Below the pieces are notes generated by a model that did not search any database, was not told the DNA's origin, and was given only the letters and a program-made list of their open reading frames with translations. A stretch of DNA of 52,179 nucleotides, taken from positions 1-52,179 of the forward strand of contig RBZT01000136.1 in the NCBI GenBank assembly GCA_003693705.1, in the 5' to 3' direction. The DNA is from Polymyxa betae A26-41. Lineage: Eukaryota; Protista; Endomyxa: Phytomyxea. Made by a program: the position numbers and the translations under genes. Shown in pieces: positions 24,222-36,109 of this stretch; the first letter of the stretch is position 1, and each line of letters opens with the position of its first letter.

Positions 24222-24350
24222 CTTTGATAATTGAACACTACAGGTTTGGCATTAAATTTTACCTGTTTTGAGAGTATTTTCATAAATCCTTTGATAATTG
24301 AACACTACAGGTTTGGCATTAAATTTTACCTGTTTTGAGAGTATTTTCAT
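24222..24350. repeat. Perfect 62-bp direct repeat
   Basis: CTTTGATAATTGAACACTAC...GAGTATTTTCAT at 24222-24283 and 24289-24350. Confidence 0.9.
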
Positions 24351-24585
24351 GTTTATGAAGGGTTTTTGGATTGTGTTGAAGTTTTGGAATCCTCAACCCT
24401 AAATTCTCTGGAGTAATATTTACTATTTTAGGACTGTTGTTTACACCCCCAGCTATATCTCTGCGCAGCAGCTAGCACGAGGCATTAATCGGTCCACTCC
24501 AGGTCAGAGCCATTGGTGTTTTAATTTTTTTGCGAATTCACTAATTTCTGTAGGAATTCTTTTCGAGTTAATTGAGGCTGCGATC

Positions 24586-27100
24586 ATGAATGGAGATCAT
24601 GCATCGAGTGACGACGGCTTTTCGGCGAAACTGGAGAAGGCCCGAAATGAAAGTGATGATCGGCTTTGTCAAACGCCATTGAGGTCACAGACCATCTGGA
24701 CATGTTTCTTTGTCACGAATTTCAGGAAGGAGATCCAACTGATCGACGCCGAACACGAAGTTGATTTCAGGAAACTCTTTTGCACATTAGGGTTTTGCTC
24801 CTATGCTGATTTAATTATAGGTTCGCTTGGATCGAAGTGGTGATTGAAAACATCGAGCATTACTGCTCATTACCGGAGTCAGCTCTATCCAGATGTTCGG
24901 TCCAGCAGGCTAGTCATGAATGCGCGACCCCAATAGTGCAGCTCTACTGCGACGGACGTGCAGCTTCCAGTTTCAGTCAGTGTCAGAATAAACGACTGCA
25001 ACTTGTTTGGTCGAGCTGAGGTTAGCTCAGTTCGATCAACACCGGTTTTGGACTAATACTTGCTTCGTTCTCGTATTCTTCGCTCTCGTTTTAGATATAT
25101 TAACTTCTATTTATTCTCGCTCCGTTCCCAATTATCCATATTCCCCCTCTCGCCTCTAGTTAGGCCATTACAAGGCTGCCCGTTTGATGGTGATGGTCCT
25201 GAAGCTACGGGGAATGCTTACAGGCCGGCCATTTCTGGCCGTCAAAACTTGCCAGGTTTGCTCTTGTTTGCGACGGAAGTGATCCTCCTCTTAGGTATGA
25301 CGGCGGATGACATCTTGAAGACTACGTTAGGTCGTCCTTTGACCCGACCGAGCATCTGACCATGACACTTGGCGGGGTCTGGCGATTCCAACGCTTCTAC
25401 TCCAACTATGGCTTTGAGGACCTGGATAATGGCGCCAATTTGCCTGCATCGCAGCAGACGATTTGGCGTGATCTCGCTGCCGTTGAATCGGAATCGTTCT
25501 CTGAAGAGGTCGGTCAGCAGTCTGTTCCGAGCTTAATCTGGAACAGTATTCGAATGCGAGCAAGGCGTCGTCGGGAGACAAACCGGTGGTCGCAAAGTTT
25601 GAGGCTAAGGACCATCTATGAAAACATCTCGGTAAAAAGTTGATTTTTTTGTATGTCCGAAAAGAACTGATACAGCCGCAGGACGTCGCACATGACCGTT
25701 CTGGTTTTGTCGTTCAGCGCGACATCGACTCCATGCTTAAAACATGTGCCAGAATGAATATTCAGGCACTGATTGTCGACAATACCAACCAGGTAAGGTC
25801 ACGTTTGAGCGGTATGCTGAGGGGGCTTCTCAAGATGAACAAGATCTGGTTAAGGACAAGTTGGACCTGCTAAACAGGCAGTCGAAACCAGACCGTAGCT
25901 GGTACAAGGTTGGGGTTTTCGGAATTCGGATTATGCAGCCTTCACTTACCCATTCTCTAACTTGTCTACAGATCCTGAATGACATCTGTCAATCAGTGGG
26001 AGCCCAATTGCAGCTGGAAGCGATGTCATTCGCCATCCTGGCAGAGCTGGTCACCTCCCAGCTTCGTTGGAACCAGTCCAGGACGGCGAATCGGTAATCG
26101 CTTCTGCCACCGTTTCTGCTTTAATCGAAATCTTAATACGTTGTGTTATAGGTTTATTCTTCCAGACCTGACGATGTTGGATGAGATCCTTATGCAGCGA
26201 GCGCAACGTTTGCAGCGTGGGAAGTGGACTGTCGTCCGGGCCCAGCAGGCATTTGTGGCTGTGTATGGGGACATGTTTTCACTGTCTCCACTGTTCTTTG
26301 CCAGGCTGAGCAAGGAGCAATTCGGGGCCTGCGAACGCAGGACCCTGGCTTTAACCAAGGTAACCTCTGACCAAGCCGTCGAGATGCTTGGCCTGCCACG
26401 ATTGAATCCTGCTCTGAGACGCGAATCATCCAGCAGCACTGCAGGTGAGGTGTTTGACAGAGCTCAAAAAAAGGTTCCGTTGCAATGATGAGGAGATGCT
26501 GAAAAGTCATCGGCTCCATGAAGTTATCGCCATGACCAATACCAAGATCTGCGCGCGGCTCGCGTGGCTATCGGGCACGAAGTACGTAAGAAACACGTTG
26601 GGTGCAGATCGTACAACTGATCTCTGTTTACCAGGGACCAGGGCCTGGTTTCCAACGAACAACATCTAGGCCTCTTGAGCTTGCGGTTGGATTCAGAAAC
26701 GCACAGCATTTGTAAGTAATTGATTCTGTCCTTTAGGGTTTCAATCTGACCCATTTTTAGGACTTTTCTTAAGAGCCTTGCTGTTACCGAGCACAGGGGG
26801 CAAACTATCTTCGACCTTGCGTCCAACAAGGCGATCGAAGTGTTAAGTTCTTTGATGAGCTGCCTCCTTGGTATGTTTGCTATCATGCTGAATATATCGG
26901 TTTACTAATCCGTCACGATTGCAGTGTTTAGAGAAATGGCCCGTCTCGGTATAACACAGAGAGCGATGGACGGGCAATGTTCAGGAAAACTAAGGAGAAA
27001 CTGATCAAGAACATCGAGAACAAAGGCAATTCAATTGGCAGGCCGTTCGAGCATTGGAAGGACCTGAAGGTATTCTTTTTATTGAACCATCCCTGACTCC
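24586..27100 (+). pseudogene. Degenerate multi-exon gene relic of unknown family, possibly transposon-derived
   Basis: A chain of + strand coding-like fragments (24586, 25362, 25640, 25744, 25979, 26445) separated by intron-like GT..AG tracts, with frameshifts and stops. No recognisable domain. Confidence 0.4.
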
Positions 27101-27412
27101 AGCCACTTTTGGGAGACAGAGTCCAGTGGGTAGGAAGGTACACAAATTAGTGCTTTAATTTCATTTTCTTCCTCTTGTTTTCCAGTTTCGGTTTCGTTTC
27201 CAGTCATGTTATTTAAGCTAATTTAATGATTTTCTTTGCTTTTAGTGGTTTCTTTTTTCGTTTAATTCCCAAAAAATTTCAATTTTTATGGCTTCAAAAC
27301 AATATGCCAGAGCACATCCGATTGTCAGCCATCTGATCGATGATCAAAAACTGTTTGCAAAATACTTATTTATTTGCCCGCCACAAAGGTCCGCAACGCC
27401 GATGTCCTGGAA

Positions 27413-29547
27413 ATGGTTATTGTAGCGATTGTCTTGTTGATACTGAGCTTATCTGAGTGCTTGGCTACATTCACTTCTGAGCCTAGTAATGTTACATGGC
27501 TTCTGGAAGTGACTGCTGATTGGGTCTCTCCTCTCGACCTTCACGATACAGACACCAGAGTAAGATTGCTCTGGCAGAAAGATGTCACATCTCTTTAACA
27601 TTCATTATAGTTACAGCTCGCTGATTCGCATTCAATCCAAGATTACTCGGATCTTCCCGATTTTAACAACCTCTTTGATCCCTCATTTGCTTTTGATCTG
27701 GATGTAGATTTTGATGTATGAAATGATTATATAACTGTGATGGGACGATATTGATGTATTATTCAGATTTTCAATGACAATGAAATTTATGAAATGTTAG
27801 AACCCCTACCTGATATTGGAACTGTATCAACACCAGCATCTTTATTACATCATGCAGATAATGTTCCGGCTACCCCCTATTCAAGAATCTATCAATGTAA
27901 TGTTTCCTTATCAAGTCTCATAAGTAAGAAATCTCTGAGATATTCATAATCAGAATAATGAACCAGCTGAAAATATCTCCCGGAAACGTCCTCGTATTGA
28001 CGAGACATCATCGCCATCCGACCTTCTGTATTCCTTCAATCATGATGTGACTGATATTAATGACTATAACAGTCTCTGCAAGTTTCTGGTGAGTTTTGAT
28101 GAGCTTTTAGTCCCTCTGTATGCTGACTGTAGATTAGATCAAAGAGCCGAATGATGAAGAGCTTCATTCTCTGTCTTCAGCTGATGGTGATGCAGATCAA
28201 TGCTCCCACTCTCCATTAGTTATCAATGTGAAAGGTCGTGATCTTGATGTTAGCGGGATTCAACGAATCCGTTCTGCTCAGAGCACATTACAGAAACTGA
28301 TTCTGTTTGCGAATCTGTATCGGATATTGGTCTGGGCCTTCCGCAAATATCAATGGTCTTGGCAAACGGTTGATAGGAAAATACAATATTTCCTGTATAA
28401 GGTGTGTCGTCCGGTAATGCGATGCGTCATACAATGTTGTCAGAAAGATCTTCGAATGTTTCAGACACTCTGGGGAATCCATTCAATCATTGGAAACTCC
28501 ATAGAACATGTTCAGGAGATAAATGCCCATCTAAACTGTTAACTGCCGATCAGTCTATGAATCAGGTCCGAGATATTTCTTTCAAATTTCATCTCTATTG
28601 ACCCTCCTGATCTGCAGATTGGCAACAATCCGTCCGTTAAACGGGTGAAATTTAGTTCTCCAGAATTGGATCCCTTTCTGCCAGTGTTTCGCTTTTTTCC
28701 TGAATTCCTGAAATGTGTAATTTTGGTGTCGAGATGATCACAGACTACACTACTCTGTGTGTTTTTCTGGTGAGATTTATTTTTATATAATGGGGAATCC
28801 CGCCCTGAATTTCTAATTCAGAAAAAGCAGCCTGATGATGTCGAGTACGCGTTTCTTACTGATACAAATATATTGTTCCCATCAAAGGCCAAAATTCAAG
28901 TTGCAAAAGACCCCATTATTATCAAAGTTCTCGATGATCAGCTCATATTGACCGAAACTTCGGAAATCTCAACTTCGACGACCACGTTAACAGAAGTTGA
29001 TATTGCCATATTGGTGGCCAGTTTTTGACTAAGAATAGCTCGGGCCAAGACTACCGACCCGAAATTGAACGCGAAACGTGAAGAGAATTGGCTGACGCGT
29101 ATCTGCTACTCAGTACTTTCATGTGTTACAATATGCAGTCTGAATGATCTTCGGATGTTTCAATCTCGATGGGGAAATCCGTTTCCTCATAGTCATTCTT
29201 GGCTGCTTTATTCTAGGCACAATCGCCAGAGTAAACAGTGCGGATTTGAGACTCTCATTGTCAGTGACAATAAGAAACATTCCATCGAATCACAACTAGT
29301 TTGTGATAGAGGCGGCCGTGCTCACTGTCTATTGAGAAATTCTATGAAACGATTTGAGACGGTATTACAGCGTTCAAGTTTATTTTTATTTTCCTATGTT
29401 TGGGTGATGAGGATGAGCGGAATTGAGTCATTGATGTCGTCAGTCACGACAGTGCTCTCCCCTGAATGCAAGAAATGGCTGTACTGGGAGTCTGGGACGC
29501 GGAGTGTTGTTGTCAGGTGTCTGCCGGGTGACGAAGGCTGTTTTTGA
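27413..29547 (+). pseudogene. Disrupted secreted-protein gene with an acidic region, NLS-like motifs and a duplicated Cys-containing domain
   Basis: Signal peptide MVIVAIVLLILSLSECLA, short introns and RKRPR at 27981. The domain copies are VCRPVMRCVIQCCQKDLRMFQTLWG/NPFNHW and ICYSVLSCVTICSLNDLRMFQSRWGNPFPH. There is a -1 frameshift at ~28476 and an in-frame TGA at 29026. The 3' end is uncertain. Confidence 0.6.
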
Positions 29548-30089
29548 CTGCGGATTCCTTTTTCGCGGCGGAAGCGATACGTGCTTGTAGGCGGGAGGAA
29601 CATGGTCAAGAATAGGCTGAATAGCTGCATAATTCATTCAAAAAAATGTGATAAACCAGTAGTTGAAAAAATTTGGATGATAATGCTTCAAACGGTTTAT
29701 GAGGAGACATTAGGTGAGAAATCGGTGATGATGACCGGAATTGAGTCATTGATGTCGCGAGTCACGACACTCTTCCGTCATTTTCCTGTGGTCTTCTTAG
29801 TTCTCTAGTTTGCCTTTCCTTTTTTATTCTTAGGGCTCATTACAGTTTAACCGCTCTGTCTTCTTCTTGCTTCTGCAGTTTATTCTTTAACAGTAACGAT
29901 CAGCGGAGTTGGTCAGGTCCGATCTGAGCTAGTGATCAATATACTGTGTAAAAATTGACACGCATATCTCCGGTTCTTTCCTTGCTTGTCGGTGACTGCT
30001 TTCAGCGCGGTTTGTGGTTCGTTCGTGGCAGTATGTTTTCCTGTTATCGCTTGATATCGCTGCTCGGACGCCATCAACTTGTTCACTAG

Positions 30090-31500
30090 AGCATTACGTA
30101 AGTGATAATGCCTGGTCGTTGTTCATAATGATCTCGACGACAACTTTTTATCGCTCAATGTGCATAATTGAGAAACACACTGTGGTCATGAAGTCGTCGA
30201 TCGTCGTCGATCGCACGCGAACTGAATTCGCTTAATTCGTCTGCCATGTTCGCCATGGCCGTCAGGTGATTCTACAGCTGTTCGTTCTCCTTCATCAGAG
30301 TAAATTGGAATTTCTGCATCAGTAGCAGCCGACTCTGCCTTCCATTCTGTCGATAAAAGTCCTTAAGAGCGGTCCAGGCAGCAGATGGTGTTTATGTTTT
30401 CTTGACATGAATGTACTGGTTTGATGTCAGTGCTCCGATCAAGATTCCACGAAGCAAGCATTTTTGACGTCAAGATCGGCAGAATCGTCTTCTAGAATAT
30501 GCTGAAGACCTTGACCCACCATATGCGCCTTGAATCCAAGTTCGAAAGCGCCCCAGTTATTGCCATTCAGCCTCTGTCCTAGCTGTCGCTTGTTTGGCGT
30601 TGCCAGCACAGTTTCAGGCAGTCTGTCGCTGTTTGGTGTTCCTTTTTAAAAATGATAAACCACAGAATGTTTGAACGTTACCTCTCTGCCTTGTCCTATA
30701 TCCTTCACTGGGACCACACTTGCCTCGAGCTGGGCCCATAATTTCTTGCTTGGTGTTATTCCCTTCAGCGTCGGACTGTCGGCAGGAGCCGATCTCCCAT
30801 GACTAAGATCGTTCCCAAACATGCTGTCGCTGTCGTATTCGCTGAGCGTTGATCATAAGGGTCGTATTGTAATCGCAGGCAGCCGATAAGACGCAGAGTG
30901 TTTGCGACTTGAGTCATCAATCATATCATTTAGAGATGGCGCGTGCCTCCGGTGACTGCCGGGTCTGTTGTTTCCCATGCAACATAAAGGTCCATTGATC
31001 AAAGATATTGAATTGCGGGTTTGCCTGTCACTAGCGAAATCGGCATCTACATTCCCGCCTAACAGCGAATGGTCTGCAATTCCGGAATGATGCCGAGGTC
31101 ATGACTCGAATGAAGATAGCTCAGGGTACACTTGACTGCGGTACAGTGATCCGCAGATGGAATAAAATCGAAAAACCTTCAGTACTGATATCAGGTTTAG
31201 TACAATTGACAGCATACATCAGACTACCAACACAAGATTGATCGCAGGTTTCGCGATGGGGTTCAGCTGTGGCTGCGACACGATATTTGCCGGATATAGT
31301 CTCCCTGTCATAGATGAATAGCGCCATTTCATCCGCTCTATTTTCAGTGCCGCTCTCCTTGCAGAAAGGCAAGATAAACAGTACATTCCAATCCAATCCA
31401 ATCGATTTGCTCTAAATGCTGTTCCTGCCCGAGATTGACCTAGATCCATTTATTGAAGTTTTACACCAGCTTTTACTTGACCCCAATTGAGGGTTCATTC
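30090..31500 (-). mobile_element. Degenerate Ty1/copia remnants (RT/RNaseH fragment, PBS-like site, gag fragment)
   Basis: CVGSLMYAVNCTKPDIS and VDADFASDRQTR match copia RT/RNaseH. TTATGGGCCCAG at 30741-30730 resembles a copia-type PBS. RLNGNNWGAF and TPSAAWTALKDFY...RLLLMQKF are gag-like. Many stops. Confidence 0.8.
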
Positions 31501-31696
31501 CGATTGCGAAGCGACAGATATACCGACAGAATATAAAGGGAGTAGCACGACACGTCATCGGACCCTCGTAAAGGCAAGCAAGCCTGGATGTCGAATGGGA
31601 CTTGGTGGCGGACGGTTTTTCACCACAGCATTGTTTCAGGTCATAGACAGACCTGTTTCGGACGGCAAACAAGTTCGCCCACCATCAAGGGAATAC

Positions 31697-31923
31697 TAGG
31701 GGGTATCAAACCTGCGCATTCCGTAGCTTCAAACGTCTAAAGGATCTTTAAAGCGCTTTAAACTTTGCTGTTCATGCTATAAGTCGGTGAAAAATATGTA
31801 TTTTTCCGAATTTTTTTCGCTAGGTTGCGTGGCCTCCACTTTAAAGCGCTTTAAAACCGATGCCTCGGACAATTTTTAAAGCGCTTTAAAATTGCTCCGA
31901 AACGCCAACTTTGATACCCCCTA
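31697..31923. mobile_element. MITE-like element
   Basis: 14-bp perfect inverted ends, TAGGGGGTATCAAA and TTTGATACCCCCTA; the outer TA may be a TSD. Three internal palindromes TTTAAAGCGCTTTAAA start at 31747, 31840 and 31875. Confidence 0.8.
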
Positions 31924-32347
31924 CTGTTCAAAACCAGCGAGCTGCCTCATACACATTGTTTTAATACGTGGAGAGCTCAAAAAAGCTGAATGATATCCAA
32001 ATGGTGTGGTTTGATTGGGAAAACAACGCGCACTGTGCAAAGAGAATTCGAAGACTCGTGATCGAAATCACAGATGCGAAAACATCTGTAAAATCCGCAC
32101 AATATTGTTGGGATTACCTTGTGCGAGCATGATATCGGAATCTTGCTACCTTGATCTCAAGGTCTGTACAAAATTCAATATCAACGAAGTGTTGAGAAGT
32201 TCCAAAAGAATACAAAAATGACAATAATCCTTCTGAACTCATTCTGACAGGCTCCCGTCAAAAAACTTGGCGAGAAGTCAGATTTTGGAAGGTGCGATGA
32301 TATCCACAAACAAGACTCTCTGACATTTTAGTTAGTTCATCAAACAG

Positions 32348-32564
32348 TCAGTTGAGATCCGTGGGAATCGCCCCTACCAAGATAGGAACGGATTTTTGAT
32401 TGGGTTTGATTCGGTTTGGGACCAGTACGACCATTTTGTTGCGTTCAAGTTCCGAGATCGGCCGCTCCGATGGTGATGCTGATAACGGCGTCCGGCACAG
32501 TCGTGCGTGGAGAAGTAAATTAGCAACAAGCAGTATCAGACCGAGCGAAACCAATTTTTTTCAT
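32348..32564 (-). pseudogene. 5' fragment of a signal-peptide gene with a homopolymer frameshift
   Basis: The start reads ATG-A7-TTGGTT. With A6 it gives MKKLVSLGLILLVANLLLHARLC. Downstream extent is unclear. Confidence 0.4.
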
Positions 32565-32673
32565 TACCGAAAATGGTAACGTAGACAACGCGTATGGTCT
32601 TGTGTAAAGGTGTCATGAATTGTACGCGGTATGTGTGAATCAGATTTGCGGTCATGACCGAATGCATGCTAAC

Positions 32674-33215
32674 TAGCCGCTACGCGGCTGGTGTAGTTGG
32701 TTCACATGAGCGCAGCCACCGTGAGGTGCTGGGTTCGAATCAAGGTCAAGAATGGGTTTTCTGATCATATATATACATCATCCCAAAGCGGTACCAATTT
32801 GTGAAGTTAGCGGGGTACGGGGTGCGACTGACTGTATGGATTGGTCCAGTGACTACCCTATTCACATTGGCAGGTCTATACTCACTTCTATAAGTGCTCT
32901 TAGAGGCCGTTGGACATTGGCAAACCCTTCATAAAAGTTGCCAGGATTTGCGCGAAAAGCACGCTGTGAGCAAGCTCCCCTGATGGTTGAACTGCATTTC
33001 GACATGGTCAAGCGCCCCAGTGACTGAGTCCCATCAAGGTTACCGTGTCCAAGAAAGGCGTAATCTCTGTGTTATGTAATTATGTTACATCAAAAACATA
33101 TGAACTCGACAATTCCGTGAGGGGTCGAGCCCATCGCAAGGGTAAATGCGTCGCCTACCTCACTCATATCTATATATGGGTGTAACAAATAGATAAATCC
33201 AATCCAATCCAATCC
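32674..33215 (+). mobile_element. tRNA-derived SINE
   Basis: A-box TGGTGTAGTTGG (32689-32700), B-box GGTTCGAATC (32732-32741) and an (ATCCA)n tail ending ~33215. The 13-bp TSD has one mismatch: AATGCATGCTAAC (32661-32673) and AATGCATGTTAAC (33216-33228). Confidence 0.82.
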
Positions 33216-34101
33216 AATGCATGTTAACGATGACGGATTAATGCCGTCAGATGTCAGCTCCATAATCGTCAATCTGCTGCTGGATGGAAACGTTACCGTT
33301 CCCGTCAGCGCAAGTGTTGCTAGGGCGGACTGCGGAAAGGTCAGCGGAGATGCCTCGAAGTGCATGAGGACCTGGATGCGTTAAGGAGGACACCGCAGGG
33401 CCTTATTAGGGCCTCGTGTGATGTAACATTATCAAGCAGAAAAAGAGCGACACCTTTCCAAAGATAACGTTGAATTGCACACTCGGCAAAATTCCCTCAA
33501 GAAGATATTGTTACCAGGCAATGGACAATAGAGAGACGGACTCGATCAGCTCATAGTAACAAGAACGCTCAAAAGGTTGCAGCCCACTGCCGAGGCTGTC
33601 TGTATCAATGCCAGGTAACATTACTGTCTAGCTGTGACGCGAGCTGATCGCATGTACCTATCAGATTCCAGAATTCCGCGATTCGGTAACATTACCGAGT
33701 TGGGTTCCGTCCTCGCATCTGCCGGTTGAGATCCAGGCCCGGGACCAGTACGACCAGAGCAAACCGTGATGAAATTCGCAACGTGAAGAACCTGATACAA
33801 AACCGAAATTCTATCCCGGATTATCTGAACGAAACACAGGAGCCAGTATGCCCGTTAAATCTGTCATCATCGACAAAGAATAACGAATATTTCTGCTGAA
33901 GTGCCGAAAGCGAACAATGAAACAGAACGCCAAACCCTAACCAATATCTGAACAGCTGCCGGCTTCTCTACGCATGATTGAGCTGAAGTTTTCATGTATA
34001 GAAAGGTGCGCGGAGTACTGTCCCGATTTGATCATAAACAGATTGAGTGGTGAAATTTTTGACTCACAGAATGAACAATTCCGCCTGATACTGCTTCTTT
34101 T

Positions 34102-34920
34102 TTAGTCGTGTTTTGATGTGCAGAGGTATCGGCATGGAAAACCCTCGCGTCCCGTGCAGCAATATTTCGGGAAAGTGCGTATTGGCAGACGTTCCCATCT
34201 CTGTCGGAACACGGATGTCCGTCCACCACAGTGATTCTCCAAGCACCGCAACATACATCGTAACGACAGCAGGAAAGAATACGAGGGTCGGTACAGCTCT
34301 CTTTTCTTGAACATTTTGAACATGCGGAGATGCACACGGATCAGATCGACCTGTTCATCAACAGTGGCGACGGAATCCAGTCCGTCAATATCCGGAATCT
34401 CCACCAAGTGCGGATCCCGATTGCGCAGCGACCTTCGAAAGTCTCTGACGGGCATCACTGTAATGTCGTGTTCTGAATGTCCGACAGGAGGTGATATCGA
34501 AAGCGCCGACGACGGGCCAGCATTGCCCGCAGGATCCTGCATCATCCAACGCAGACTGGATATCGGGATGATGTTCAGATCATCAGATAGATCGTCGCCG
34601 AACGTTAAAGAGGCCGAGATTGGTCGTACTGGCACGCCCAGCATCGCTGGTAACGCAGAATCGCCGCGGACGCTGTCCCCATAGATCGGGGCGGGAGGCT
34701 CCGCATGTATAGGGGCGAGTTCCGGGGCGACCGGAGCGGCGCAATCCGAGAACAGGTACGCCCGATACGGAGCTGGTAACGGCTGCTGCGGATAGAAGGA
34801 GGTCCATCCCGGAAACCAGTCATTGCTACAGACAGAGACGCGGAGGTCGTCGGGCACTGTCGGACTGGCGGCGCAGCCACAGGCCAGTACGCCCAGGGCG
34901 AGTACGAGCACGGGCGTCAT
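34102..34920 (-). CDS. Secreted protein with Pro-rich N-half and Cys-containing C-terminal domain (candidate effector)
   Basis: Signal peptide MTPVLVLALGVLACGCAA from ATG 34920. The C-terminus reads LRCMLRCLENHCGGRTSVFRQRWERLPIRTFPKYCCTGREGFPC. Confidence 0.75.
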   Translation of the reverse strand: MTPVLVLALGVLACGCAASPTVPDDLRVSVCSNDWFPGWTSFYPQQPLPAPYRAYLFSDCAAPVAPELAPIHAEPPAPIYGDSVRGDSALPAMLGVPVRPISASLTFGDDLSDDLNIIPISSLRWMMQDPAGNAGPSSALSISPPVGHSEHDITVMPVRDFRRSLRNRDPHLVEIPDIDGLDSVATVDEQVDLIRVHLRMFKMFKKRELYRPSYSFLLSLRCMLRCLENHCGGRTSVFRQRWERLPIRTFPKYCCTGREGFPCRYLCTSKHD

Positions 34921-35224
34921 TCGGTGGAGTCGTTGGCGTCGGTCGCTGGAGACGAACCGTCGCGACCTTGGAGCAAATGACGGACGAGTCTCGGCTCGTG
35001 CTCGAGCCGACCTCAATCACGAAAAAAATCCGCATTACGCAACAATGGTTTGCAAAGATGAGTCGGAAGTTTCTGCGAAAAAACTCGAAGTTTTATAGGC
35101 CTACTTTGAGAACGGTTATCAGCGATATCGAGAGCAATTTAGAAAGTGCGAGTTTTGGCAAAAATCATCATAAAGTTGTTGTGGGATAACAACGAAAGTG
35201 TATGTAACATAAACAATTGGACGG

Positions 35225-36109
35225 TTATGGCTGATCCCGAGTAAGGTCATAATATGCGAGAGTATAGGCTGATAGATGGAGTACATACAATGGCCAGCTA
35301 TTGGAAGCAATATTACGCATATTCTCATCCTTCTCATACGGGATTCCCAACTTTTGCAAATTCTGGAACAATTCTTCCTCAAAAGTCCGAACAGGGAGAG
35401 CGACCTGCTCCGGATTCGGACTTGCGGTGTCCGATACAGCAACAGCTTGATATTCTGGGGAAACTGCCACATCTCCGAAATCCAGCGAGCTCTGCGGCAA
35501 GTACGACCCGGAACAGCAAAGCAAATCACGGATATCGAATAAAGAAGTCGCCAAAGCGGCACCACCGTTGAGGACTGCGGGATTGTTCACGGACACACTG
35601 AGTCGTCGAGCGGCCACCTGGATCTTACTAGCGATATCCGTGACGAACTGATGAAAGGCCGCAGGCACGGTCAGATCCCCGGATAATTGGTTACGCGTCA
35701 GACGCGTCTCGACCGCAGTCATGGCCTCGACCAGCAGGTTGAACAGCTGCAGTGGTGTGGGCTCCCCGACGGACTCCGCCTCGGACCCCGAAACGCACTT
35801 CACCGACACAGATTGCCGCCCGGGCGAATGCTCCCAGTGCGTCGGATCTCCTGGGGCCGGTACGTTCGGTAACGACCAACGCAGCGAACGCGGGGCCGGT
35901 ACGGCCGTCCAGCGTAGTGGGTGGACGGGTCTGATAGAGGATAATGTTGCCGTGCTGAGAGGTCGGATGGATTGCTGAATGCGAGAGGACCATGTTAGTG
36001 GTGCCGTGGCGGACATCGTGGGTAGGGATGCCGAGTGGAGAGGTTGCGCTTGTGTCAGGGTAACGTGGGCTGTGAGTGCCAGCAGTAGGATGGCGGACAT
36101 CTGTGTCAT
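35225..36109 (-). CDS. Secreted hypothetical protein
   Basis: Signal peptide M(TQM)SAILLLALTAHVTLTQA lies inside ORF 35225..36343, followed by a Ser/Pro-rich and then a helical region. The 3' end may be spliced. Confidence 0.6.
   Translation of the reverse strand: MTQMSAILLLALTAHVTLTQAQPLHSASLPTMSATAPLTWSSRIQQSIRPLSTATLSSIRPVHPLRWTAVPAPRSLRWSLPNVPAPGDPTHWEHSPGRQSVSVKCVSGSEAESVGEPTPLQLFNLLVEAMTAVETRLTRNQLSGDLTVPAAFHQFVTDIASKIQVAARRLSVSVNNPAVLNGGAALATSLFDIRDLLCCSGSYLPQSSLDFGDVAVSPEYQAVAVSDTASPNPEQVALPVRTFEEELFQNLQKLGIPYEKDENMRNIASNSWPLYVLHLSAYTLAYYDLTRDQP

Noticed and set aside
32684-32750. tRNA gene
   Set aside because: A and B boxes are present but I could not fold a convincing cloverleaf. 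The tail and TSD indicate a SINE head.
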